A program made the translations under genes and the position numbers. Of a stretch of DNA of 64,000 nt, positions 31,159 to 40,129 are shown piece by piece. The stretch is taken from positions 1 to 64,000 of the forward strand of contig DASXQR010000083.1 of NCBI GenBank assembly GCA_036507075.1. The letters run 5' to 3'. Position 1 is the stretch's first letter, and each line of letters begins with the position of its first letter. The notes beneath the pieces were generated by a model. The model was not told the DNA's origin. It made no database searches and saw only the letters and a program-made list of their open reading frames with translations. This DNA is from Acidobacteriota bacterium (lineage in GTDB: Bacteria; Acidobacteriota; UBA6911; JACQSX01).

Positions 31159-32985
31159 ATGTGCGGGATCGTATGCTATATCGGAAAACGCGACGCTGTC
31201 CCTATTCTGCTGGAAGGCCTTTACCGGCTCGAATATCGAGGTTATGACTCAAGCGGAATAGCGGTGCGTGACGACGGTCCGATCAAGGTAATTCGCGCCG
31301 TGGGGAAAATCGACAGTCTTCAGAGCCGGCTTTCAACCGAGCCGGTTCACGGCAACGTTGGAATCGGACACACGCGTTGGGCAACCCATGGAAAACCGAC
31401 AGAATGCAATGCTCATCCTCATGCCGATTGCGCCGGCAACTTTGCCGTCATCCATAATGGCATTATCGAAAACTACTGCGAACTGAGGGGGGAGCTCGAG
31501 CGCAGAGGCCACAAGTTTCGATCCGAAACCGACACTGAGACAATCGCCCATCTCCTGGAACAAAACTGGGACGGCGATCTGCAGTCAACCACACGCCGCA
31601 CCCTCCGCATGTTGAGCGGTACGTTCGGTCTTGCCATCATTTCCAATCACGCTCCCGATACCATCATGCTGGCTCGCCGCGGCAGCCCGCTGCTTCTGGG
31701 AATCGGAAACGGCGAGATGTTTGCGGCTTCAGACGTCTCTGCAATCCTGCGGCATACCAACCAGGTCATCTATCTGGAAGACGACGACATGGCGGTGCTC
31801 CATTCGTTCGGCTATCAGATCAGTTCTTTGAAAGGTGTTCCAGTCCAGCGCGACAGGCAGACGGTTGAGTGGGACATCACTTCAGCGGAGAAACAGGGGT
31901 TTCCGCATTTCATGCTGAAGGAGATTTTTGAAGAGCCGGAAGCCGTCACCAACGCTGTGCGCGGCAGGCTGATTGAATCGGAAGGCACGGCCCGCCTGGG
32001 AGGGCTGGATCCGGTGCGTGACAAGCTTCGCGCCAGCCGGCATCTGATCATTGTTTCGTGCGGCACTTCCTATTATGCGGGCCTGATCGGCCGTTACATT
32101 ATTGAAAGAAACACTGACATCGCAGTAGAGGTGGAGCTGGCCAGCGAGTTTCGTTATCGCAAGCTCAATCTGCAGCCCGGCACGATTGTCCTGGCGATCA
32201 GCCAGTCAGGTGAAACAGCCGACACACTGGGCGCCTTGCGCGAAGCAAAACGAAAGGGTGTTCCGGTACTCGGGTTAGTGAATGTGGTGGGAAGCACCAT
32301 CGCGCGCGAAACCGACGCGGGTATTTACAATCATGCCGGGCCTGAAATCGGGGTCGCTTCCACGAAGGCCTTCGTTTCACAACTCAGCATCCTCTATCTG
32401 CTCAGTCTTCTTCTCGGCCGGGAACGGGGTGTTTCATTGAATGAAGGACAGCAGTTTATCCGGTCGCTCCAGTCAATTCCCGACAAGATCCGCCGCATTC
32501 TTGACATGAACGACCAGATCCGGAAACTGGCGGAAAAGTATGCCCGCTACTCGAATTTTATGTTCATTGGAAGGAAGTACAATTTTCCTATCGCTCTGGA
32601 GGGGGCGTTAAAGCTCAAAGAAATATCCTATCTTCATGCGGAAGGATACGCGGCTGGAGAAATGAAGCATGGTCCGATCGCGCTTATCGATCCTCAGTTT
32701 CCCACCGTGTGCATCACGCCCAGGGGGAATTCCTACGAAAAGGTGGCGTCTAATCTTCAGGAGATCAAAGCGCGCAGCGGCCCAGTCCTGGCAATTGCAA
32801 CCGAAGGAGATCAGGGAATCGCATCACTCTGTGATGATGTGATCTACATCCCCGAAATAGCGGAAACGTTCACGCCATTGTTGACCGTCATTCCACTGCA
32901 ACTGTTCGCCTACCACGTGGCCAATCACCGGGGCTGCGAAATCGACAAACCCCGCAACCTGGCAAAAAGCGTGACAGTCGAATAA
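31159..32985 (+). CDS. glmS: Glutamine--fructose-6-phosphate transaminase (isomerizing)
   Basis: MCGI, LEYRGYDS, HTRWATHG, SQSGET and PRNLAKSVTVE. Confidence 0.98.
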   Translation: MCGIVCYIGKRDAVPILLEGLYRLEYRGYDSSGIAVRDDGPIKVIRAVGKIDSLQSRLSTEPVHGNVGIGHTRWATHGKPTECNAHPHADCAGNFAVIHNGIIENYCELRGELERRGHKFRSETDTETIAHLLEQNWDGDLQSTTRRTLRMLSGTFGLAIISNHAPDTIMLARRGSPLLLGIGNGEMFAASDVSAILRHTNQVIYLEDDDMAVLHSFGYQISSLKGVPVQRDRQTVEWDITSAEKQGFPHFMLKEIFEEPEAVTNAVRGRLIESEGTARLGGLDPVRDKLRASRHLIIVSCGTSYYAGLIGRYIIERNTDIAVEVELASEFRYRKLNLQPGTIVLAISQSGETADTLGALREAKRKGVPVLGLVNVVGSTIARETDAGIYNHAGPEIGVASTKAFVSQLSILYLLSLLLGRERGVSLNEGQQFIRSLQSIPDKIRRILDMNDQIRKLAEKYARYSNFMFIGRKYNFPIALEGALKLKEISYLHAEGYAAGEMKHGPIALIDPQFPTVCITPRGNSYEKVASNLQEIKARSGPVLAIATEGDQGIASLCDDVIYIPEIAETFTPLLTVIPLQLFAYHVANHRGCEIDKPRNLAKSVTVE

Positions 32986-33047
32986 TCTAAAAATCCCTAC
33001 CGTGAGCGTTAGCCCGCGCCTGGAGTTTCCACATTTTTGGGAGCGGA

Positions 33048-33113
33048 GAGACGGCCTGAGGGCCGTCTCAGCTTGGCAGTTACATGGCCAAGAGACGGCC
33101 CTCAGGCCGTCTC
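33048..33113. repeat. Inverted doublet of the 22-bp REP-like hairpin (copies 2 and 3)
   Basis: GAGACGGCCTGAGGGCCGTCTC and GAGACGGCCCTCAGGCCGTCTC, between convergent genes. Confidence 0.9.
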
Positions 33114-33140
33114 TTCTGGGCGCGATTTTAGTCTACGTCT

Positions 33141-33896
33141 TCAGACCTTCGACTTTGTTTTCGTCTGCCGAAATTCACGACATAAGGCGACGAAGTGTTC
33201 GAAAAGTCTTTTACTGAACTGATCTTCTGAAAAACTTCTCTCCGGGTGCCACTGAACCGCAATCATCGGACGGCCGGAGCGGTGTACTGCCGCCTCTATG
33301 ACTCCGTCGGGGGAAAGCGCCGCCAAAGTCAGGTCTTCGGCCAGACGGTCAACAGCCTGATGGTGTGTGCTGTTCACCTGGGCGGTGTGGTCTCCGGCGA
33401 GCTTTTCAAGCACTGTGCCCGGGCTCAACGCAACCGCATGCTGCGGTATTGGCTGGCTGGAATCCTCGCGATTGTGACGGATTCCGCCCGGTCGCTGCGG
33501 CAAATCCTGGATGAGCGAACCTCCCAGGGCCACATTCAGCATCTGAAAGCCATAGCAGATGCCGAAAACCGGCATATCCATCTGCATCGCTTCCCGGGCC
33601 AGATGCATATCCACAGAATCCCGAAGCGGATTTACTATTCCCAAACCCTGCGCCGGCTGCTGGCCGTACCGCTCAGGATCCACATCGGTTCTGCTGCCTG
33701 AGAAGATCATTCCGTCCAGTGATCGCATCACAGAATTGAGATACGCCGGGTCCTCGATCAGGGGAATAAGCAGCGGCAGGCCGCCGGCCTGGTAGACGGC
33801 TTCCGGGTAATGCCTCTGCAGATAAAAATCAATTCGACCCGGTTCGTGCCGGGTGGTGATGCCGATCAAAGGCCGTGAATTATCCATTGTGGCCAT
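33141..33896 (-). CDS. Gamma-glutamyl-gamma-aminobutyrate hydrolase family (peptidase C26)
   Basis: RPLIGIT, DVDPERYG, GICYGFQ, VNSTHHQA and VQWHPE. Start 33896 or 33887. Confidence 0.92.
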   Translation of the reverse strand: MATMDNSRPLIGITTRHEPGRIDFYLQRHYPEAVYQAGGLPLLIPLIEDPAYLNSVMRSLDGMIFSGSRTDVDPERYGQQPAQGLGIVNPLRDSVDMHLAREAMQMDMPVFGICYGFQMLNVALGGSLIQDLPQRPGGIRHNREDSSQPIPQHAVALSPGTVLEKLAGDHTAQVNSTHHQAVDRLAEDLTLAALSPDGVIEAAVHRSGRPMIAVQWHPERSFSEDQFSKRLFEHFVALCREFRQTKTKSKV

Positions 33897-33942
33897 TTTA
33901 ACATTTACTCTGCGAATCCACAGACACAGGTCCAAATGAGTA

Positions 33943-34112
33943 CAAATGCGGATTGTGGAATGCGGAATGCGGAATAAAAGCTGTCTGTCGGTCCGTGGTC
34001 AGTTGTTCGTGGTCCATTGCTCCTTAACCGATCACGTAGCCATGCACAACTGACCACGGACAACTGACAACGGACAATTATTCCGCATTCCGCATTCCGG
34101 ACTCCGCATTCG
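33943..34112. repeat. Nested MITE-like element, copy 2 of 3
   Basis: Same arms, with core TAACCGATCACGTAGCCATGCACAACTG. Confidence 0.9.
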
Positions 34113-34148
34113 AGTGAGGCCCTGTTTCTGCGCTACAATGAAAACAGC

Positions 34149-35078
34149 ATGGTACGAAAACTTTTCCAGATTCGAACCGGCCAAAGCCGTAAGTCAGTGT
34201 TCGTCAATGCCTTTCGGAGCATGCTGCATAACGAGTCGCCGGCTACGGCGGCCGCATTGGCCTATTTTACGCTGTTTACGCTTTTCCCCCTGCTGCTGGT
34301 CATCATTGCCGCCAGCGATCAATACTTCAATTTGTTTGACGTGCGCTCTACGGCCCTGAGGACGGTGATCCGTTTCTTTCCGGGCGGCCGGGCGTTCATC
34401 GAAAACAACATCGCATCCGTCAGGCCGTCGCGTGGAATCGTGATCTCAAGCGTTGTGGTTTGCACCTGGACCAGTTTCTGGCTGGTCGCCCTGCTGGAAA
34501 ACGCTCTCAACAAGGCCTGGCAGGTTCGGACACCAAGGCATTTCCTGCACAGCCGGCTGATCGCCTTGCTGATGATCGTCGTGTGCGCTTTGTTTTTGGG
34601 AACTTCGGTGCTGCTGACCACCGTGCTCACTGTGATCCAGCAGAAAATCGACACATACGGTTTCGCGCATTGGTCGACCGGGATGGGACTGTTTTGGAGA
34701 ATTACATTTGGAGTCACTGCTTTTGTGCTCACTATTCTGGTTTTCACCATGATCTACAAGCTGGTCCCGAACGCGCGCGTCAAAATGACTGAGGCGCTGA
34801 CGTCAGGCATCGTCGCGGGATGCCTGTGGCAGACCGCTGCGGGAATATTCACAATACTGGCCCGGCATTTGGACTATGCCGCTATTTACGGCTCGGTGGG
34901 AGCCGTCGTCCTGCTGCTTAGCTGGGTTTACACTTCAAGCTACATCTTCTTGTTCGGCGCCAACCTTTCCGCGCAAATGCACCGCATCACTCCTGTAACC
35001 GAAATTGAGGTTGATGATTCCGCGCCGGCTTCCCGCGCCCGTTTTGCAGACCAGACAACGGTGACCAGAAATCTCTGA
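34149..35078 (+). CDS. YihY/BrkB family membrane protein
   Basis: AAALAYFTLFTLFPLL, ALNKAW, IYKLVPN and IYGSVGAVVLLLSWVY. Confidence 0.92.
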   Translation: MVRKLFQIRTGQSRKSVFVNAFRSMLHNESPATAAALAYFTLFTLFPLLLVIIAASDQYFNLFDVRSTALRTVIRFFPGGRAFIENNIASVRPSRGIVISSVVVCTWTSFWLVALLENALNKAWQVRTPRHFLHSRLIALLMIVVCALFLGTSVLLTTVLTVIQQKIDTYGFAHWSTGMGLFWRITFGVTAFVLTILVFTMIYKLVPNARVKMTEALTSGIVAGCLWQTAAGIFTILARHLDYAAIYGSVGAVVLLLSWVYTSSYIFLFGANLSAQMHRITPVTEIEVDDSAPASRARFADQTTVTRNL

Positions 35079-35086
35079 AACCGCCG

Positions 35087-36172
35087 GTGAAGATTTCCGA
35101 TCTCGACTACGACCTTCCTGAGGAATTGATCGCGCAGGAACCGCTGCCGAATCGCGATGCTTCGCGCCTGATGCTCGTAGACAAGGGCAGCGGGGTGATT
35201 CAGGATCTGCATTTCCGCGAGCTGCCGGCCATCCTTCATCCAGCGGACTTCCTTGTGCTGAATGATTCTGCCGTCTTTCCGGCCCGACTGCTTGGCCGGC
35301 GCCCCGGTGGCGGACGGGTGGAACTGTTGTTACTGAGACCGGATTCAGAGCAGGCTACCGGGGCGCTCAATTCCCGTTCGGGGGGCGAGCTGCCCGCTGA
35401 AAACCACGATCATGCCTTGTGGGAGGCGCTGGCCAGACCGAAACGGAAGTTGAGAAGAAACATGGAATTGATCTTTTCGGATGATCTGCGCGGGCGCGTG
35501 GCGGATGTGTCCGACGAAACAGTGAAGATTCAGTTCCGGTTTTCGGGGGATTTTTCAAGCGTGCTGGACAGAACCGCGCGCGTTCCACTGCCGCCTTACA
35601 TCCGCCGCCCTGATACAGAACGCGACCGGGACCGCTACCAGACCGTATACGCCGCCAGGCGCGGATCCATCGCCGCTCCCACCGCGGGACTGCATTTTAC
35701 CCCCGGGATTCTCAATGATCTCCGAAGGCGCGGTATTCACTGTTTTTTCGTGACGCTGCACGTCGGATACGGCACTTTTCGACCCGTGAAAAGCGCTTCG
35801 ATTGAGCAACACAGGATCGATGCGGAGAGCTTTTCCATATCAGCGAACGATGCTGCCGGAATCCGGGAAGCCCTGCAGTCGGGACGCCGGATGATCGCGG
35901 TGGGCACGACAACTACGCGCATGCTGGAACATTGGAAAAGATCCTCGCCCAAGCTGCGGGCGATCGCGGGCCAGACGGATCTTTTCATCTATCCGCCCTT
36001 CGATTTCAAATTGGTGAAGGGTCTGCTTACTAACTTTCACCTGCCGCGGTCCAGTTTGTTTGCGCTGGTATGCGCATTCCTGGGAACTGAGCTTGCGCGG
36101 CAGTGCTACAGACACGCCGTCGAGCGCCACTACCGGTTTTACAGCTACGGCGATTGCATGCTGATTGTTTAG
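35087..36172 (+). CDS. queA: tRNA preQ1(34) SAM ribosyltransferase-isomerase QueA
   Basis: DYDLPEELIAQ, PLPPYI, YQTVYA, AAPTAGLHF, TNFHLP and YRFYSYGD. Confidence 0.97.
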   Translation: MKISDLDYDLPEELIAQEPLPNRDASRLMLVDKGSGVIQDLHFRELPAILHPADFLVLNDSAVFPARLLGRRPGGGRVELLLLRPDSEQATGALNSRSGGELPAENHDHALWEALARPKRKLRRNMELIFSDDLRGRVADVSDETVKIQFRFSGDFSSVLDRTARVPLPPYIRRPDTERDRDRYQTVYAARRGSIAAPTAGLHFTPGILNDLRRRGIHCFFVTLHVGYGTFRPVKSASIEQHRIDAESFSISANDAAGIREALQSGRRMIAVGTTTTRMLEHWKRSSPKLRAIAGQTDLFIYPPFDFKLVKGLLTNFHLPRSSLFALVCAFLGTELARQCYRHAVERHYRFYSYGDCMLIV

Positions 36173-36201
36173 AACTCACTTCCAGAAGCCTGCATATGAA
36201 A

Positions 36202-36290
36202 TTCTCACCACAAAGACACGAAGGACACAAAGCCGGCTCCGTCTGCCGCGCGAGTCACCTTTTGTGCCCTTCGTGCCTTTGTGGTGAAAA
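36202..36290. repeat. ACCRC-type palindrome (CACAAAGA units)
   Basis: TCACCACAAAGACACGAAGGACACAAAG ... TTTGTGCCCTTCGTGCCTTTGTGGTGAA. Confidence 0.88.
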
Positions 36291-36373
36291 AGCTCAACGT
36301 ACCGAGGCCCGGCCTTTGGGAGTCGTTGAGGCTTTCTGATAAACTTCGGGAAATTCGCCATCTCAGGGTGCTC

Positions 36374-37546
36374 ATGAGAAAAGCTGCTGTTTGTCTGATT
36401 CCATTCGCGATCCTTCTCTGCCTCGGCGCCGATACGCAATCCGACCGGGCCTTGCGGATTCACCATAAGGCGATTGTCATCGACACTCATGCCGACACGC
36501 TGCAGCGGGTGCTGATGGGAAAGCAAAATATTTCCCAACGCACACAAGCGGGACACATCGACCTGCCGCGCATGCGCGAGGGCGGCCTGGATGCTGAATT
36601 CTTTGCGTTGTGGATCGACTCTCCTTTTGTGGGGCCGGTCGCCGTGAAGCGGACGCTGGACCTGGCTGATGCAATGAATCAGGTCATCGGGCAGAGCGGC
36701 GGACAAATGCGTTTGGCGACTACCGCGTCCGATATCGAGAATAACGCGCGTGACGGAAAACTCTCCGCGCTCATGGGAATTGAAGGAGGCCATGCGATCG
36801 ATGACGATCTGGGGGTGCTGCGCATGTACCAGCGAATGGGTGTCCGGTACATGACCCTGACATGGTCGAACGCGAATAACTGGGCGGACTCTTCGGGCGA
36901 GGCGCCCAAGCACAACGGTCTCACAGATTTTGGCAGGGATGTGGTGCGTGAGATGAACCGCATCGGCATGATCGTGGATATTTCCCATGTGTCCGATAAA
37001 ACTTTCTGGGACACCATGAAGGTGACAACCAAGCCGGTTATCGCGTCGCACTCTTCTGCGCGGGCTCTGAACGACGTGGCCCGAAACATGCGGGACGACA
37101 TGCTGCGCGAAGTGGCAAAGAACGGCGGGGTCGTGGGAATCAACTTTTATTCCGGTTTTCTGAGCCCTGATTTTGCCAGGGCTTCCGCTGCGAGCCGCGC
37201 TACGCGCCCGTCGGTCCAGGATCTGATCAAGAAGTACAATGGGGATCTTAATCGTGTGGCGGTGGAGCGTTATCTCCAGTATGAAACGATGTCGTCGCTC
37301 ACGCCGCCGCCGTTCAAAGTGCTCATTGACCACATCGATCATGTCGCCAAGGTCGCCGGCGTGGAACATGTGGGCCTGGGTTCGGATTTTGACGGCGTTG
37401 ATTCTCTCCCTGAGGGAATCCACGATGTGACCGATCTTCCGAAGATAACACAGGCACTGCTGGACCGCGGCTACACGGAACGCGACGTTGGCAAGATTCT
37501 GGGAGGCAACTTTTTGCGCGTGCTGCGGACGGTAACCGGAAAATGA
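36374..37546 (+). CDS. Membrane dipeptidase (peptidase M19)
   Basis: IDTHAD, GIEGGH, YMTLTW, DISH, IASHS, GLGSDFDG and GGNFLRV. Signal peptide present. Confidence 0.95.
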   Translation: MRKAAVCLIPFAILLCLGADTQSDRALRIHHKAIVIDTHADTLQRVLMGKQNISQRTQAGHIDLPRMREGGLDAEFFALWIDSPFVGPVAVKRTLDLADAMNQVIGQSGGQMRLATTASDIENNARDGKLSALMGIEGGHAIDDDLGVLRMYQRMGVRYMTLTWSNANNWADSSGEAPKHNGLTDFGRDVVREMNRIGMIVDISHVSDKTFWDTMKVTTKPVIASHSSARALNDVARNMRDDMLREVAKNGGVVGINFYSGFLSPDFARASAASRATRPSVQDLIKKYNGDLNRVAVERYLQYETMSSLTPPPFKVLIDHIDHVAKVAGVEHVGLGSDFDGVDSLPEGIHDVTDLPKITQALLDRGYTERDVGKILGGNFLRVLRTVTGK

Positions 37547-37624
37547 GCCGCGAGAGCTGAGAAAAAATCAGTACCGCGACCGTCAGAGCGTGTGAAAAAA
37601 TCGAAATTCTCTGTAGGAGGAGTT

Positions 37625-38047
37625 GTGAAACGCACACTTTCATTGGTCTTTCTCTTGAGCCTTATGCTGGCAGCTTGTCAGAACCGGGCGGATTCCTCCG
37701 CTGAAAGGGCCGCAACGCCGGCGTCTCCAGCGAGCTCACAAATCCAATTAAGCGGCCAGGAACACCTGGCCAAGGCAAAAGAACACCTGCACGAAGCCAA
37801 AGAGATTCTGGACAAACAGGGCACTTACGACTGCTGCATTGAACCGGATTGTGACTGGTGCGCGCTCAAAGAAGGCTCCTGTCCCTGCGCCAGGCTGCTC
37901 AAGGGTCGCAAACCGGTGTGCCCTGACTGTAAATTCGGATGGGACCACGGCAAAGGGCACCTTGAAGGAATACGACCGGAGCAGGTTACCACTACAATTT
38001 CACATACACACGGAACGGAAGATACAGGAAAGCCGCACAAACACTGA
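37625..38047 (+). CDS. Cys/His-rich putative lipoprotein of unknown function
   Basis: AGGAGG RBS before GTG 37625, lipobox LAAC, an 8-Cys cluster and a His-rich tail. Confidence 0.75.
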   Translation: MKRTLSLVFLLSLMLAACQNRADSSAERAATPASPASSQIQLSGQEHLAKAKEHLHEAKEILDKQGTYDCCIEPDCDWCALKEGSCPCARLLKGRKPVCPDCKFGWDHGKGHLEGIRPEQVTTTISHTHGTEDTGKPHKH

Positions 38048-38058
38048 GGCGACAAGGA

Positions 38059-38227
38059 GTGTGAAAAACTGGAACCGCGAAGGCGCGAAAGCGCGAAAGC
38101 AATGAGACTGCTTGGCTGCTTGAATGGGACTAAGAATTGAAATGTTCGCGGTTTTGGCCACACAGGAAATCGTGGAGTGAATCTTGTTTTCGCGCTTTCG
38201 CGACTTCGCGGTGGATTTTTTTCACAG
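38059..38227. repeat. ACCRC-type palindrome (CGCGAAAG units) inside GTGAAAAA...TTTTTCAC termini
   Basis: Arms at 38073-38100 and 38188-38212, with outer TGTGAAAAA / TTTTTCACA. Confidence 0.82.
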
Positions 38228-38272
38228 GTTCCAAGGCGGACATTTTTTTAACAGAAACCAAGGGAGACTCTT

Positions 38273-39208
38273 ATGAAAGCAACTTTTCAATGGATGCTGA
38301 TGCTGCTGTTGATGTTCGGGGGAACGCTTGCGGCACAGCAGGAACATGACCATACATCCGCGGCGGTCCAAAACCAGGCTGCAAGTCCTTTGCCGGCCCA
38401 AAGTGTCCAGATGCGGCTCCTTCTGCAGGACACTACTCGTGACGAAAATCTTCCCGCTTCTGAAACTACGGCAAAGGCAGCCCTGGACCGTTCGTCGCGG
38501 CATGGCGATTGGATCGATGTCAAAGTGGAAGGAAGTGAAACGCCCGTGAAGACCTGGATCGTGTACCCGGAAAGAAAGGACAAAGCCCCGGTTATCATCG
38601 TCATTCACGAGATCTTCGGGCTCACCGATTGGATTCGGGCCGTCGCCGACCAGTTGGCCAAAGAGGGATTCATTGCTGTCGCTCCCGACCTGATTTCAGG
38701 CAAGGGACCGGGCGGGGGAAACACCGACTCGGTTGCCAGCCGCGATGACGTCGTAAAACTGGTGCGCGGCCTTACTCCGGAAGAAGTGACCTCGCGGTTA
38801 AACGCCGTTCGCCAATATGCGGTCTCACTGCCTGCAGCCAACGGAAAGAGCGCCAGCATCGGATTCTGCTGGGGCGGTTCAACCAGCTTTGCTTATGCCG
38901 TCGCGCAACCGAAGTTGAATGCTGCTGTGGTGTATTACGGAACGGCCCCGTCGGATCCGTCAAAACTCGCCTCGATTAAAGCATCGGTACTCGGGCTGTA
39001 TGGAGGCGATGACGCGCGCGTGACAGCCACTGTCGATCCGACAGCCGCTGAAATGAAAAAGCTGAATAAGTCGTACGATCCGAATGTTTTTGCCGGCGCC
39101 GGTCACGGCTTCCTTCGTGCCCAGGAGGGAAAGGACGGCGCGAATTTGAAAGCAACGCAACAGGCCTGGCCCAAGACGATCGCCTTCCTGCGGGCCAATA
39201 CGAAGTAG
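38273..39208 (+). CDS. Dienelactone hydrolase family protein
   Basis: IHEIFGL, GFCWGG, YYG and GAGHGF. Signal peptide present. Confidence 0.93.
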   Translation: MKATFQWMLMLLLMFGGTLAAQQEHDHTSAAVQNQAASPLPAQSVQMRLLLQDTTRDENLPASETTAKAALDRSSRHGDWIDVKVEGSETPVKTWIVYPERKDKAPVIIVIHEIFGLTDWIRAVADQLAKEGFIAVAPDLISGKGPGGGNTDSVASRDDVVKLVRGLTPEEVTSRLNAVRQYAVSLPAANGKSASIGFCWGGSTSFAYAVAQPKLNAAVVYYGTAPSDPSKLASIKASVLGLYGGDDARVTATVDPTAAEMKKLNKSYDPNVFAGAGHGFLRAQEGKDGANLKATQQAWPKTIAFLRANTK

Positions 39209-39253
39209 GAGAAATTCACCGCGAAGGCGCGAAAGCACGAAGCAATAAAACTG

Positions 39254-39910
39254 ATGTTGTTTGCCAATCGAGCTCAGGCGGGACGTGCGCTGGCTTCGCA
39301 ACTCACCGGCTATGCGGGGCGCCCGGATGTGGTGATCCTGGCATTACCCAGGGGTGGAGTTCCGGTGGCCTATGAGGTGGCTTTGCAGCTTCACGTCCCC
39401 ATGGACGTGTTTGTGGTGCGCAAGCTGGGAGTGCCGGGACATTCCGAGCTGGCTATGGGCGCATTGGCGTCCGGCGGCGTCCGTGTTTTGAACAAGGACG
39501 TTCTCGACAGCCTGGGAATCCCCGGCGAAATGATCGACGCCGTAACCGAGCGCGAGCGGCCGGAATTGGAACGTCGCGAACACCTTTATCGCGCCGGCCG
39601 GCCGCTGTTGCCCGTCGAAGGCCGAATCATCATTCTTATCGACGACGGCCTCGCCACCGGCTCGACAATGCGCGCCGCGGCGTCAGCTCTTCGCCGCCAG
39701 GCGCCGCAGAAAATCGTCGTCGCAGTTCCTGTGGCGCCGCGTTCCGTGCGCGAGGAGTTTGTGCGGGAAGTCGATGAAGTTGTATGCGCGGAAACGCCCG
39801 AACCTTTCCACGCCGTGGGGAACTGGTACCGGGACTTTGCGCAAACCACCGACAAGGAAGTGCGTGAGCTGCTGGAACGCGCCGAAGCTCTGAGCCGGGC
39901 AGGTGCCTGA
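39254..39910 (+). CDS. Phosphoribosyltransferase family protein
   Basis: LALPRGGVPV, VRKLGVP, IDDGLATGST and AVGNWY. Confidence 0.92.
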   Translation: MLFANRAQAGRALASQLTGYAGRPDVVILALPRGGVPVAYEVALQLHVPMDVFVVRKLGVPGHSELAMGALASGGVRVLNKDVLDSLGIPGEMIDAVTERERPELERREHLYRAGRPLLPVEGRIIILIDDGLATGSTMRAAASALRRQAPQKIVVAVPVAPRSVREEFVREVDEVVCAETPEPFHAVGNWYRDFAQTTDKEVRELLERAEALSRAGA

Positions 39911-39973
39911 AGCAATCATCAGACTTCACTCGTGAGACCGGAGAAGGCCACAGACCGTAACCGAAACTTTCTT

Positions 39974-40068
39974 CAAATGTGGATTTCGGAATGCGGAATG
40001 TGGAATCGGGCGTAAACGGGCCCGGCTTCGAAGGATCTGACTTGGATATATTCCGCATTCCGCATTTG
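39974..40068. repeat. (GGAATGC)n palindromic element, GCTTCGAAG-core subtype, copy 2 of 2
   Basis: CAAATGTGGATTTCGGAATGCGGAATGTGG ... GGCTTCGAAG ... ATATTCCGCATTCCGCATTTG. Confidence 0.85.
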
Positions 40069-40129
40069 AAAGTACGTTAGGGCATCTTGGCAAAAAAGTG
40101 GAATGAACGGTTCTTCCAAGGGAGGGATT

